Positions 36,804-46,059 of a stretch of 64,000 nt of DNA are shown piece by piece; within the stretch, counting starts at the first letter, position 1; each line of letters opens with the position of its first letter. The notes beneath the pieces are model-generated. The model was not told the DNA's origin. It was given only the letters and a program-made list of their open reading frames with translations, and searched no databases. Origin of the DNA: Gemmatimonas sp. (GTDB lineage: Bacteria > Gemmatimonadota > Gemmatimonadetes > Gemmatimonadales > Gemmatimonadaceae); the NCBI GenBank assembly GCA_965279375.1, contig OZ257156.1, positions 64,001 to 128,000 on the forward strand, read 5' to 3'. The position numbers and the translations under genes are program-made.

Positions 36804-39254
36804 ATGAAACCGAAGCGATCGAGCAAGGCCCGCGCGGCGCGACGCAGCGCCCGCCGTCAGCGGCGCACTCGAGTGACTCCGAGCAAACCCGCCGCCCCGA
36901 TCACGAGGCACCGGAGCGGCAGCATCGCGCGCTTGACGTGTACCGGTGCGCTGGTCGCATCTGCGGTGTGGATCGGCCTCCCGACCGTGTCATTCGCGCA
37001 GACAACGGCGCAGCCCTCACGCGAAGCGATTGCCGCTCTGGGTGCCGCGAAGCAGTTCGTAATTCCGGCCGGCAAGTTGTCGGCCGCACTCGACGCGTTC
37101 ACTCAAGTCACCGGCATCTCGGTCGCCGATCCGGGCGCCGTCGTCGGTGCCGCGGATTCGCGTGGTGCCGCCGGTACGCTGACACCAGTGCAAGCGCTGC
37201 GACGCCTGCTTGGTGGTACCGGTATCACCTATACCGTCGCCAGCCCGCGCTCCGTGCGACTCGCACGCGGTCCGCTGCCCCAACTCGCAACGGTCTCGGT
37301 CGTCGCCGAGAGAAAGCCAGCGTCGGCAAACCCCAAGTACTCCGAACCGCTGCGCGACATCCCGCAGACCATCACGGTCGTCACCAAGGAGGTTCTGGAC
37401 GCCCAAGGCGTGACGTCGCTGCGCGATGCCGTTCGCAATGTCACTGGTCTGACGGTGAACGCTGGCGAGGGCGGTGCCACACCGGGAGACAACTTCAACA
37501 TCCGCGGCTTCAGCGCACGATCCGACATCTTCGTCGACGGCATGCGCGACGTGGGCGGCTATTCGCGCGAAACGTTCAACGTCGAGCAAATCGAAGTCGC
37601 GAAGGGGCCCGGATCCGTCTACTCCGGACGTGGCTCGACGGGCGGCTCCATCAATCTCGTCAGTAAGTCACCGCACGTTGGCGACGCCTACTCCGGCGTT
37701 ATAGGTGCCGGCAACGCCGAATACGGTCGCGCCACGGTCGATGCCAATCACTCCTTCGAGGACATCGGCGCAGGCGGCATTGCCGTCCGGCTGAACGCGC
37801 AGTGGCAGAATGCCGGCGTTCCCGAACTGGATGTCGTCAAGAACAAGTCGTGGGGCATCGCGCCATCAATCGGCTTCGGACTTGGTTCGAAGACGCCGGT
37901 CACCCTGCAGTACTTCCAGAACTCACAGGACAACATCCCAACGTACGGATTGAGCAACACCGTCTCGGATGGCCCTCCTGTCGGTATCGATCCACACAAG
38001 TATTTCGGCCTCAGGAACCTCGATCAGGAGCAGGTCAACGCCAAGCAGGCGACGGCCAAGGTCGTGCACGCACTCGGCGCGAACATGTCGCTGCGCAATC
38101 AGACGTCGTGGGGGGCCAGCGATGTGCATCGCATTGTCGTGCAGGCCAACGTCGATGGCACCCGTCGATCACCGTCGCATATCACGTACGACCAGAATCT
38201 CTCCAACCAGACCGCCCTGTCGTCGTCGTTCAAGACGGGTAAGGTGGAACACGTGCTGGCCAGCGGCGTCGAGCTCTCGCACGAGAAGTCGCGCTTCGCG
38301 ACCTACGTGTTCAGTACCGCGCTGCCCAAGGTAGATCTGACGAATCCCAACCCGGACGACCGCTACACCGGCACCTATACGGAAGGCAAGCCGCGTCGCA
38401 GTGCAGTTTCGAATTCTGTCGGTCTGTACACGTTCGACACGATGAAGCTCAGCGAACAGCTCGAGTTCAACATCGGCTTGCGCTGGGATTCGTTCAGTCC
38501 GCAATACAAGGACTCGCTGAATCGTGCACTGCCGAAGAAGGACAGCAAGGCAGCAACATGGCGCGCTGGTGCCGTCTTCAAGCCGGTCGAACGGGGGAGC
38601 ATTTACTTCGCCTACGGCACGTCGTTCAACCCGACGGGCGAACTGCTTTCTCTCGATTCGCGCGGTACGATCGGACTCGATCCCGAATCGAACAAGAGCT
38701 ACGAGGTAGGATCGAAGTGGGAGCTGGCCGATGCACGGGTGCTCGTCACCGCCGCACTCTTCAGGACGGACAAGACGAATGCGCGCATCACAGACCCGAA
38801 CGACCCTTCCGGTACGACACTCGTACTCGCCGGCCAGCAGCGCGTCGACGGATTCGAGTTGGGCGCAAGCGGCCAGATCATGCCCGGATGGATGCTTCAG
38901 GCAGGCTACACGCATCTCGACGGCAAGATCTTGCATGGAAACGCAGGTACCGATGGGACCCCCATCCCAAACACGCCGAAGAGTTCGCTCAGCGTCTGGA
39001 CGTCAGGGACCATTCCTGGCGATTTCGAGATCGGCGGCGGTGTGCGCTTTGTCGACAAGCGCTATCGCACGGCGACGCAATCGGTACCGAGTTATTGGGC
39101 ATACGATGCCGATGCGGCCTACTCGGTGAACACGCGCGTCCAACTGCGCCTCAACCTGATCAATCTCAGCAACACGACGTACTTCGACAGCGGTCGCTTC
39201 TGGGTACCGGCCGCCGGTCGCACCATCAAGGTCTCGACCAACGTGAAGTACTGA
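36804..39254 (+). CDS. TonB-dependent siderophore receptor (Fiu/PiuA-like) with an N-terminal STN-like domain
   Basis: FVIPAGKLSAAL (STN), LRDIPQTITVV, GEGG, IRGF, EVAKGPGSVYSGRGSTGGSIN, NLSNTTY, C-terminal aromatic residue. Confidence 0.92.
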   Translation: MKPKRSSKARAARRSARRQRRTRVTPSKPAAPITRHRSGSIARLTCTGALVASAVWIGLPTVSFAQTTAQPSREAIAALGAAKQFVIPAGKLSAALDAFTQVTGISVADPGAVVGAADSRGAAGTLTPVQALRRLLGGTGITYTVASPRSVRLARGPLPQLATVSVVAERKPASANPKYSEPLRDIPQTITVVTKEVLDAQGVTSLRDAVRNVTGLTVNAGEGGATPGDNFNIRGFSARSDIFVDGMRDVGGYSRETFNVEQIEVAKGPGSVYSGRGSTGGSINLVSKSPHVGDAYSGVIGAGNAEYGRATVDANHSFEDIGAGGIAVRLNAQWQNAGVPELDVVKNKSWGIAPSIGFGLGSKTPVTLQYFQNSQDNIPTYGLSNTVSDGPPVGIDPHKYFGLRNLDQEQVNAKQATAKVVHALGANMSLRNQTSWGASDVHRIVVQANVDGTRRSPSHITYDQNLSNQTALSSSFKTGKVEHVLASGVELSHEKSRFATYVFSTALPKVDLTNPNPDDRYTGTYTEGKPRRSAVSNSVGLYTFDTMKLSEQLEFNIGLRWDSFSPQYKDSLNRALPKKDSKAATWRAGAVFKPVERGSIYFAYGTSFNPTGELLSLDSRGTIGLDPESNKSYEVGSKWELADARVLVTAALFRTDKTNARITDPNDPSGTTLVLAGQQRVDGFELGASGQIMPGWMLQAGYTHLDGKILHGNAGTDGTPIPNTPKSSLSVWTSGTIPGDFEIGGGVRFVDKRYRTATQSVPSYWAYDADAAYSVNTRVQLRLNLINLSNTTYFDSGRFWVPAAGRTIKVSTNVKY

Positions 39255-39337
39255 TGAACGAATTGCCGGAGCGACTCCGATCTCGAGCTGCGGTTGGAGT
39301 CGCTACGCACCATGGCGCGTGGCGCCGGAGATGATTC

Positions 39338-40018
39338 ATGCTCTTGCACGTTCCTGACGTACTGACGGGTGCACAGATTGCCGACGCGCGACGATTGCTC
39401 GACAGCACGGACTGGGTGGATGGGGCCGTGACTGCCGGACATCAGTCTGCGAAGGCGAAGCACAATTCGCAGGTGCCCGAGAATCACCCGGTCGCGCAGC
39501 AAGTCGGCGACATGATTCTTGCCGCACTTGGCCAAAACGCGCTGTTCATTTCGGCCGCGTTGCCGTTGAAAGTCTTTCCGCCGTTGTTCAACCGCTACGC
39601 GGGCGGACAGTCCTTCGGGACTCACGTCGACAACGCCATCAGGCAAGTGACCGGGACGCCGCATCGGGTGCGCACCGATCTCTCGGCGACGCTCTTTCTC
39701 GCCGAGCCGGAGGAGTATGACGGCGGAGAATTGTCAGTCGAGGACCTGTACGGCGTGCACAGCGTCAAACTCCCGGCGGGACACATGGTGCTCTATCCCG
39801 CATCGAGCCTGCATCATGTGCGGCCGGTAACGAGCGGCGCCCGTGTCGCCTCGTTCTTCTGGATTCAGAGCATGGTGCGCGACGATGCGCAGCGGCGCAT
39901 TCTCTTCGATCTCGACAGCAGCATCCAGGGGCTCGCGCACACCATCCCCGATCATCCGGTCTCCGTGCAGCTGACCGGAATCTATCACAACCTGCTTCGC
40001 TGCTGGGCGGATACCTGA
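39338..40018 (+). CDS. piuC: PKHD-type Fe(II)/2-oxoglutarate-dependent hydroxylase (PiuC/YbiX)
   Basis: [56 protein letters not shown]. Confidence 0.93.
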   Translation: MLLHVPDVLTGAQIADARRLLDSTDWVDGAVTAGHQSAKAKHNSQVPENHPVAQQVGDMILAALGQNALFISAALPLKVFPPLFNRYAGGQSFGTHVDNAIRQVTGTPHRVRTDLSATLFLAEPEEYDGGELSVEDLYGVHSVKLPAGHMVLYPASSLHHVRPVTSGARVASFFWIQSMVRDDAQRRILFDLDSSIQGLAHTIPDHPVSVQLTGIYHNLLRCWADT

Positions 40019-40060
40019 CGGCATCGGCGCTGACCACGCTGGCTGCGAAGTGAAATGCGA

Positions 40061-40088
40061 ACGCCGCTGCAGGACATTGCAGCGGCGT
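40061..40088. terminator. Hairpin between convergent piuC and cytochrome genes
   Basis: ACGCCGCTGCA-GGACAT-TGCAGCGGCGT, perfect 11-bp stem. Confidence 0.5.
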
Positions 40089-40132
40089 GGTCGTCGTGCC
40101 GTCGGCGGCGTTCAGATGCCGCGGCACATGGA

Positions 40133-41809
40133 TTAACGCACCATCGCTGAGTCCAGCGCGATGACTACGGACGATGTCTTCGCCATCGCGTCGTAGTACC
40201 CCATGAACCGGGTGATCTCGGGCGCCTGGTGCTTCCCGAGATTCCGGGCCCAGCGGTAGCTGATGGGCTGGTACGCCAGCGCCGCTTCCACACGGAATGG
40301 ACCGGTCGCACCGCGCAGATCAACGACGTAACGAACGCGCGCGGACCCGCCGAAGAATGCGGGATCGTCTGCCGCGTCGCCTCGCACCGCGATGTCGGCC
40401 GATGCCGATCCCTTGGCGAATCCGCGTGGCAGGATGCGATTGTCCTTCACGAACCTCGCGCCAGAAAGCAGCGCGGTGGTGACGTTCCCCTGCGCATCCG
40501 CCATGACCGACTCGAAAATCTGCACCTGGTCGGGACGCGTGATCTCACGATGGTGTGGTTCGAACTTCAGCCCGTCCGCGTCGCCGTCCGCGCCGACAAT
40601 GGCGCCGTCTGCACCAACCGCGCCGGATTCGAAGACCACCGCTCCGTTCGCACCGCGAACTGTGAAGTGGATCCATGCGCGCCGCGCTGGATACGCCGTC
40701 GGAAACTTGTGTCCCGCCAGGTTGCGAACGGTGATATCGGCGCGAAGCTGGGACGCGCCCACGCGTTCACTCGCGATCGACATTGCCGCGGTCGCCGTTT
40801 GCAGGTGCCGTATCGTGCGCTGCGCGCTGGCGTCGAGCTCCTGCGGCAGGGCCTCCGTGCCAAGCGCAGCGCGATAGCGATTGAGCATCTCGAGCATGAA
40901 GAAATTGCCGCCGAGAAACTCGTGCCGGGCCAGCCCCGGGCGCTGTTTTCCCCAGACACCCGAGATCGCGATGCTGTCGGTCACGGCGGGCATGTGGCAC
41001 GACTGGCAGCTTTGCGATGCGCCGTACTCGCTGTGCTGCCATTCGAGGTACGGCACCTGCTCTGGAAGCCGTCCAACGATCTTCCCCGCAGCATCGCGCG
41101 CATCGGTGTACAGCGTGTGACATGTCGCGCACAGCTCGGAGCTACGGATATGTTCGCCCTTTGTGGGGCGAAATTCGGACGACGACTGCATGATGCGCGC
41201 ACGGCCGTTGTCGATGTCGTATGGACCGTACGCCTGACGCTGACGTGGCGGCTTCTTTTCGTCGATCACGAAGCCGCCAACAAAGCTTGCTGGCGTTCCG
41301 AGCCGTTCGTTGGTGATCTGGTGACAGACGGTGCACGACACTCCATCGGCCGCGAGCAGGTCTTCCGGCGCCGTCTCTGAGCCCACTGGCAGGTGCGCGA
41401 AGATCGTGCCGTGGCGCCCTTCGGCCTTTGCCTGATAGCGCGACATAGGCATGTGGCACGTCGAGCATTCGTCTTCGATTTCCGCCTGCAGTTCCGGATG
41501 CTCGAGCACTTCGCGACGTACCGAGGCCAGCCAGTAGGGATCGCGGCCGGAGTTGGCCATCATCGTTGCGCGCCACGACGTGCCGATCGACACATCCTCA
41601 CCGGACGCCGTCGACAGTTGATTGTGGCACGCCACGCAGTTGTCAGACGTCTGGAAGAGCCACGGCGCACGACCTGCTGCATGGGCCAGCGGAACGCCGA
41701 GCGTGCCGCTTGGAGCGGCAACGGAGACTATTGTGGCGCACACGATCAGCAGCGCCAGCGACATCTGGATGCGGCGAACCGGAAACTCCTTCATCGGCTG
41801 TTGTGTCAT
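40133..41809 (-). CDS. Exported multiheme (5 x CxxCH) cytochrome c
   Basis: CVACH, CSTCH, CTVCH, CATCH, CQSCH; signal peptide; GHKFPT and KDNRILPRGF in the C-terminal domain. Confidence 0.88.
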   Translation of the reverse strand: MTQQPMKEFPVRRIQMSLALLIVCATIVSVAAPSGTLGVPLAHAAGRAPWLFQTSDNCVACHNQLSTASGEDVSIGTSWRATMMANSGRDPYWLASVRREVLEHPELQAEIEDECSTCHMPMSRYQAKAEGRHGTIFAHLPVGSETAPEDLLAADGVSCTVCHQITNERLGTPASFVGGFVIDEKKPPRQRQAYGPYDIDNGRARIMQSSSEFRPTKGEHIRSSELCATCHTLYTDARDAAGKIVGRLPEQVPYLEWQHSEYGASQSCQSCHMPAVTDSIAISGVWGKQRPGLARHEFLGGNFFMLEMLNRYRAALGTEALPQELDASAQRTIRHLQTATAAMSIASERVGASQLRADITVRNLAGHKFPTAYPARRAWIHFTVRGANGAVVFESGAVGADGAIVGADGDADGLKFEPHHREITRPDQVQIFESVMADAQGNVTTALLSGARFVKDNRILPRGFAKGSASADIAVRGDAADDPAFFGGSARVRYVVDLRGATGPFRVEAALAYQPISYRWARNLGKHQAPEITRFMGYYDAMAKTSSVVIALDSAMVR

Positions 41810-41815
41810 GGGATG

Positions 41816-43039
41816 TTAGCGCCACCCTTCCAGAAACCCGCCGTCAAACCAGTCCCAAAGCAGATAGACGAGAAACTCCCTGGACTGCGCGGCCTGGCGG
41901 TTCATTGGCAATCGCACGCCAGCGCTGGCCTGGATGTGCTGGCGTCGACTAAGGCTTACCTGAATCTGCGGCACCCAGCTCCATTCGGTCATGCGACCGG
42001 TGCGGAACTCGCGCACGCCCTCGAACTCTGCGATTGGCGTGAAGGTGCGGCCGAAGCCTGAAGGCGCAAAGGTTCGGCCGAAGGCGACGCGCCAGAACGC
42101 CTCCTTCGACGCCTTCCGCTGATCGAACGGAATCTCGATTCCGCTGTGGATCTGCATGAACGCATTGGAGCCGAGCATCTGCCCCGCGAGCACGAAGGGC
42201 TCACCGATCGGCGTGCCCGCACCGGTGCCCGCCGCTGCATCTCCACTTGGCAAGGTCACCTCGAGACCGCCGCTGAGAATCCGCGCGCTCGACACCGATT
42301 GCGTGCTGTGCAGCACTCGCTTGAGCGCCATCGACACATCTCCGAAGTGGGCCCCGGTCCACCGCTGGCCGCTTGCGGTGCCGCGCTCGTGCGTGTTGAT
42401 CGGCACCTGCAGTTCGTACTGCGTGCGTGCGCTGAGTCGCTTCTCGTAGATGTAGGTAACGGTGAGTGAGTGCTGGTTCCTGGGGCCGCTCAGCGACGTG
42501 GTATAGACCGACTCGTCCTCGGGGAAGGCCTTTTCCGTGAGATGGGCGCGCGGAAAGTTCAACTCCCCGCGCGGCCACTGCTTTTCGCTGCAGATGGAGC
42601 GAACGTAGGCAACCACTCGCTCGATCTGCTCGGTGGTCAACGCATCCCCGAACGCAGGCATGCGCGGGGAGAACGCGCGTGTTGGTCCGCCTTCGTGCAC
42701 GATTCCGAACCAGTCCTGCGCGTTTTCCCGGGTGGCGTAGTTGCAGTCGGTGAAATCGGGTAGAGGGACGTCGAAGCCCACCTGCGTCTTCGGCGCACCG
42801 CGGCCGTCCGCGCCGTGGCAGTTCGCGCACGCAGCCACGTAAAGCTCGCGGCCGGTGAGCGTCGCGCCTGTGACGGTGCCAGCCGGACGGATCGCCTCGA
42901 CCGCTTGCGCCACCACACGCTGCGTCGGCAACGCGGAGGCCCAGAGCACCGACAAGGCCAGCAACCACACAACGCGCGAAGCGCGCTCACGGCATTTCGC
43001 ATGGGGGGTCGTACGGCCCTCGGCACTCCGGTTCATCAA
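41816..43039 (-). CDS. Monoheme cytochrome c fused to a probable outer-membrane beta-barrel
   Basis: Signal peptide; CANCH...MPAFG class I cytochrome; then alternating amphipathic strands ending YLLWDWFDGGFLEGWR. Confidence 0.75.
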   Translation of the reverse strand: MMNRSAEGRTTPHAKCRERASRVVWLLALSVLWASALPTQRVVAQAVEAIRPAGTVTGATLTGRELYVAACANCHGADGRGAPKTQVGFDVPLPDFTDCNYATRENAQDWFGIVHEGGPTRAFSPRMPAFGDALTTEQIERVVAYVRSICSEKQWPRGELNFPRAHLTEKAFPEDESVYTTSLSGPRNQHSLTVTYIYEKRLSARTQYELQVPINTHERGTASGQRWTGAHFGDVSMALKRVLHSTQSVSSARILSGGLEVTLPSGDAAAGTGAGTPIGEPFVLAGQMLGSNAFMQIHSGIEIPFDQRKASKEAFWRVAFGRTFAPSGFGRTFTPIAEFEGVREFRTGRMTEWSWVPQIQVSLSRRQHIQASAGVRLPMNRQAAQSREFLVYLLWDWFDGGFLEGWR

Positions 43040-43237
43040 CGCTCCTGTAGTCGCCCAATCGACTGCGGCTGTACGGCGCTCGGCACACTCGCGCGTCGCG
43101 GCACATACATTGTATCTTCATGAATGGCTCCTGACTACAATGCTGACATTCCGCGCAGTGCGCAAGTCGGAGGCGACGACGCGCATCTCGCCCTAACCTG
43201 CGTGGAGCCCACAGGCCAAATTCCGGGATCAGAATCA

Positions 43238-44041
43238 ATGACACTGGACACGCTCCGGTCGTCCGAGTTTTCGCCAGAGGTTGCTGCCGTGCGCGTGTTA
43301 GTTGCAGAGGATGAGGGACAGCTGCGCGAAACGCTCTCTCGCGGGCTGCGCGAGGCAGCCTATGCGGTGGATCTCGTGGCCAATGGCGACGAGGCGGTCA
43401 AACACGCCTCGAGCAACGATTACGACGCGATCATTCTCGACGTGCTGATGCCGCAGGGCAACGGCATCACGGCCTGCCGAAGCATCCGGAAGTCGGGGTC
43501 GACCGTGCCGATTCTCATGCTCACGGCGCTCGACACGCTCGACGACAAGATCCGAGGACTCGATTCGGGCGCTGACGACTATCTCACAAAGCCTTTCCAG
43601 TTCGAGGAGCTGCTCGCGCGACTGCGCGCGCTGACGCGCCGGCGGCCGACGCTGCAAGCCACCGAACTCACTGTCGGCGACCTCGTGATCGATACGGCGA
43701 GGCGGCGGGTCCGGCGAGGCTCCCGGTCGGTCTCGCTAACCAGTAAGGAATACGCCTTCCTCGAGTACCTCGCGCAGAACAACGGCCGCATTGTGCCGCG
43801 TGCCGAGCTTCATGAGCACGTGTGGGACGACAGCATCGCGCCGCTCTCGAACCTCATCGACGTGTACGCAAGCCGAGTGCGGAAGAAGATCGATGACGGC
43901 GAGGCGGTGCCGTTGCTGACCACGCAACGCGCCGTCGGCTACATGCTGGCGGTTCCCGCGGCGGAGTCGGACGTACCGCCGCCCGAGTTGCCGGCCCGGC
44001 GCACCAACCTCAAACCGCCGTCGAAGGGTCAGGGGTCCTGA
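43238..44041 (+). CDS. OmpR family response regulator (CusR/CzcR-like)
   Basis: VLVAEDE, IILDVLMP, GADDYLTKPF, LTSKEYAFL, SNLIDVY. Start could be GTG near 43289. Confidence 0.92.
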   Translation: MTLDTLRSSEFSPEVAAVRVLVAEDEGQLRETLSRGLREAAYAVDLVANGDEAVKHASSNDYDAIILDVLMPQGNGITACRSIRKSGSTVPILMLTALDTLDDKIRGLDSGADDYLTKPFQFEELLARLRALTRRRPTLQATELTVGDLVIDTARRRVRRGSRSVSLTSKEYAFLEYLAQNNGRIVPRAELHEHVWDDSIAPLSNLIDVYASRVRKKIDDGEAVPLLTTQRAVGYMLAVPAAESDVPPPELPARRTNLKPPSKGQGS

Positions 44042-44046
44042 CCGGT

Positions 44047-45543
44047 ATGTTCCGCGTCACGACGACGCTACGAGGCCGCCTGACGATTTGGTACACACTC
44101 GTCCTCGGTCTCATGCTGGTTGCCTTCGCGTTCGTGGCGGATTCCGCGCTGACGCGGATTCTGATTACGCGCACCGACTATTTCATCGCGGACGGCGTCG
44201 GTGGGTTCGCTGCCGGGCTCTTCGGCGAGATGCGGGAACACCTGGATACGAAGGCGGCGATCGACGACGCGTTTCGCGAGGTTCGGTTCCCTGAGCTGCG
44301 CGTGCTGCTGTTGACGGACTCGCTGCGCGTCGTCGGCAGGAGCGTCATCGCCGGTGGACCCAGCCCTGCACCCATCGGCGGCTCAGGTGCCAGCGCCCAA
44401 GCGTCGCACCACGCGCCGGGCGGTTCGCACCCGTTCCTCGTGAACGATGTCGTCGCGCACCTGCGCACGCTCGGCGCGGCGGAGCGCGATGCGGCGGCGT
44501 TTACCGATTCGCGGGGGGACTTTCGCATCAACGTGCGCCCTGTGCTTCTCGCCGACACCGCCTTTTTCCTCGTGGGTGCGTATCCGCTTGACGAGGTACA
44601 CGCCGTCGTCACGCTCGTCCGGCGCTTCTACCTCATCGTCATCCCGTTGCTGTTGATCGTCGCGGCGTTCGGCGGGCAGCTGCTGGCGCGGCGCAGCCTC
44701 TCGCCTTTGACCGAAATGGTCAAGCGCGCGGACCACATCAGCGAGGTGACGCTGCACGAACGCCTTCCGGTGGCGACCCCCGGCGATGAACTGGGACTGT
44801 TGGCCACCGTGGTAAACCGCCTGCTCGGCCGCTTGGACGAGGCGTTCGCGAACCAGCGGCGCTTCATGGCAGACGCATCGCACGAACTCCGTACGCCGCT
44901 GGCCATCTTGCAAAGCGAGGCGGAGATTACGCTCTCGCGACAGGACCGCACCATTGAGGAATACCGCGCCTCCGCGAAGGTGTTGCACGCCGCGACCCAG
45001 CGCATGGATCGCATCGTGACCGAGCTGTTTCTGATGTCGCGTGCTGATGCAGGCCACCTGACGATGCGGCAGGACGCCGTCGACCTGGAGGAGGTTGTCA
45101 ACGACACGGTGCGCGCGGCGCGGCGGATCGCGAGCCAGCGCGGCGTCCACGTCGAACTTCGTCCGCTAATCGCCGCGCCAGTCGAGGGCGATGCCGACCT
45201 GCTGGGAGGGCTGGTCATGAATCTCGTGGACAACGCGGTACGGCACACGCCGCAGAACGGTACGGTCGTCGTCGAACTCGCGGAGCGCGGGCCGTCCTAC
45301 GAAATCCGCGTGACCGACAACGGTGAGGGCATCCCCCACGACGCGCAGCCGCACATCTTCGAGCGTTTTTTTCGCGTCGATTCGGCGCGCAGTCGCTCAG
45401 AATCAAGCTCGACAAGCGGTGCGGGACTCGGACTGGCGATCAGCCGCTGGATTGCGACCGCGCATGGCGGCTCGCTGGACTTGGTACACTCGGAGCCTGG
45501 CCGAACAGAATTCTGTGCCACTATCCCAGGAGAGCGGCTCTAG
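44047..45543 (+). CDS. HAMP-domain sensor histidine kinase (heavy-metal sensor-like)
   Basis: Two TM helices, HAMP, ADASHELRTPL, NLVDNAVRH, DNGEGI, FERFFRVD, GAGLGLAI. Confidence 0.93.
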   Translation: MFRVTTTLRGRLTIWYTLVLGLMLVAFAFVADSALTRILITRTDYFIADGVGGFAAGLFGEMREHLDTKAAIDDAFREVRFPELRVLLLTDSLRVVGRSVIAGGPSPAPIGGSGASAQASHHAPGGSHPFLVNDVVAHLRTLGAAERDAAAFTDSRGDFRINVRPVLLADTAFFLVGAYPLDEVHAVVTLVRRFYLIVIPLLLIVAAFGGQLLARRSLSPLTEMVKRADHISEVTLHERLPVATPGDELGLLATVVNRLLGRLDEAFANQRRFMADASHELRTPLAILQSEAEITLSRQDRTIEEYRASAKVLHAATQRMDRIVTELFLMSRADAGHLTMRQDAVDLEEVVNDTVRAARRIASQRGVHVELRPLIAAPVEGDADLLGGLVMNLVDNAVRHTPQNGTVVVELAERGPSYEIRVTDNGEGIPHDAQPHIFERFFRVDSARSRSESSSTSGAGLGLAISRWIATAHGGSLDLVHSEPGRTEFCATIPGERL

Positions 45544-45790
45544 CCAAAGCGAATGGCCCCAGCCGCCCTGCGCAGGGCAGTCACTTTCGCTGGCCGGGCA
45601 ACGCGTGAGCTGCTTCGATCAACAGAGCGATCATCGTCGCTCGCTGTTCCTAATCTTCCGTTGCTATTGAGTACGTCATCAATGATGGCAACCTTGTTGG
45701 CTGCGCGCACGGATCGCAGCTTGTTGAACGACCACTCGCCGGATCGCGAGCGTTTGCGCTCCATCCCTTCAACGCGCCAGATCGATTCTC

Positions 45791-46033
45791 ATGCAGCAGC
45801 TGTTCGACGGCCCTTCGCGAATCTGGGTGATGGTGATCATCGCCGTCGCCATCTACATCCTTCCGACCATTCTCGTCTGGAAGCGCCAGAGCAGTCGTCG
45901 CTGGAAGGTGACCGCGATCAACCTGCTGCTGGGGTGGACGCTGATCGGCTGGGTGGTGGCCATGGTCATGACGTTTGCTTACGAGCCGCCGCCTGAGGGT
46001 GCGCCTCCCGACGAGCCACATCTCAAGTACTGA
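45791..46033 (+). CDS. Superinfection immunity protein family (T4 Imm-like)
   Basis: IYILPTIL...INLLLGWTLIGWVVAM matches the Imm_superinfect pattern. Confidence 0.8.
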   Translation: MQQLFDGPSRIWVMVIIAVAIYILPTILVWKRQSSRRWKVTAINLLLGWTLIGWVVAMVMTFAYEPPPEGAPPDEPHLKY

Positions 46034-46059
46034 ACGAGTTCACCGAGTGACTCACCTGG

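Noticed and set aside
45544..46050. Prophage remnant around the immunity gene
   Set aside because: No integrase, att-like repeats or other phage genes are visible.
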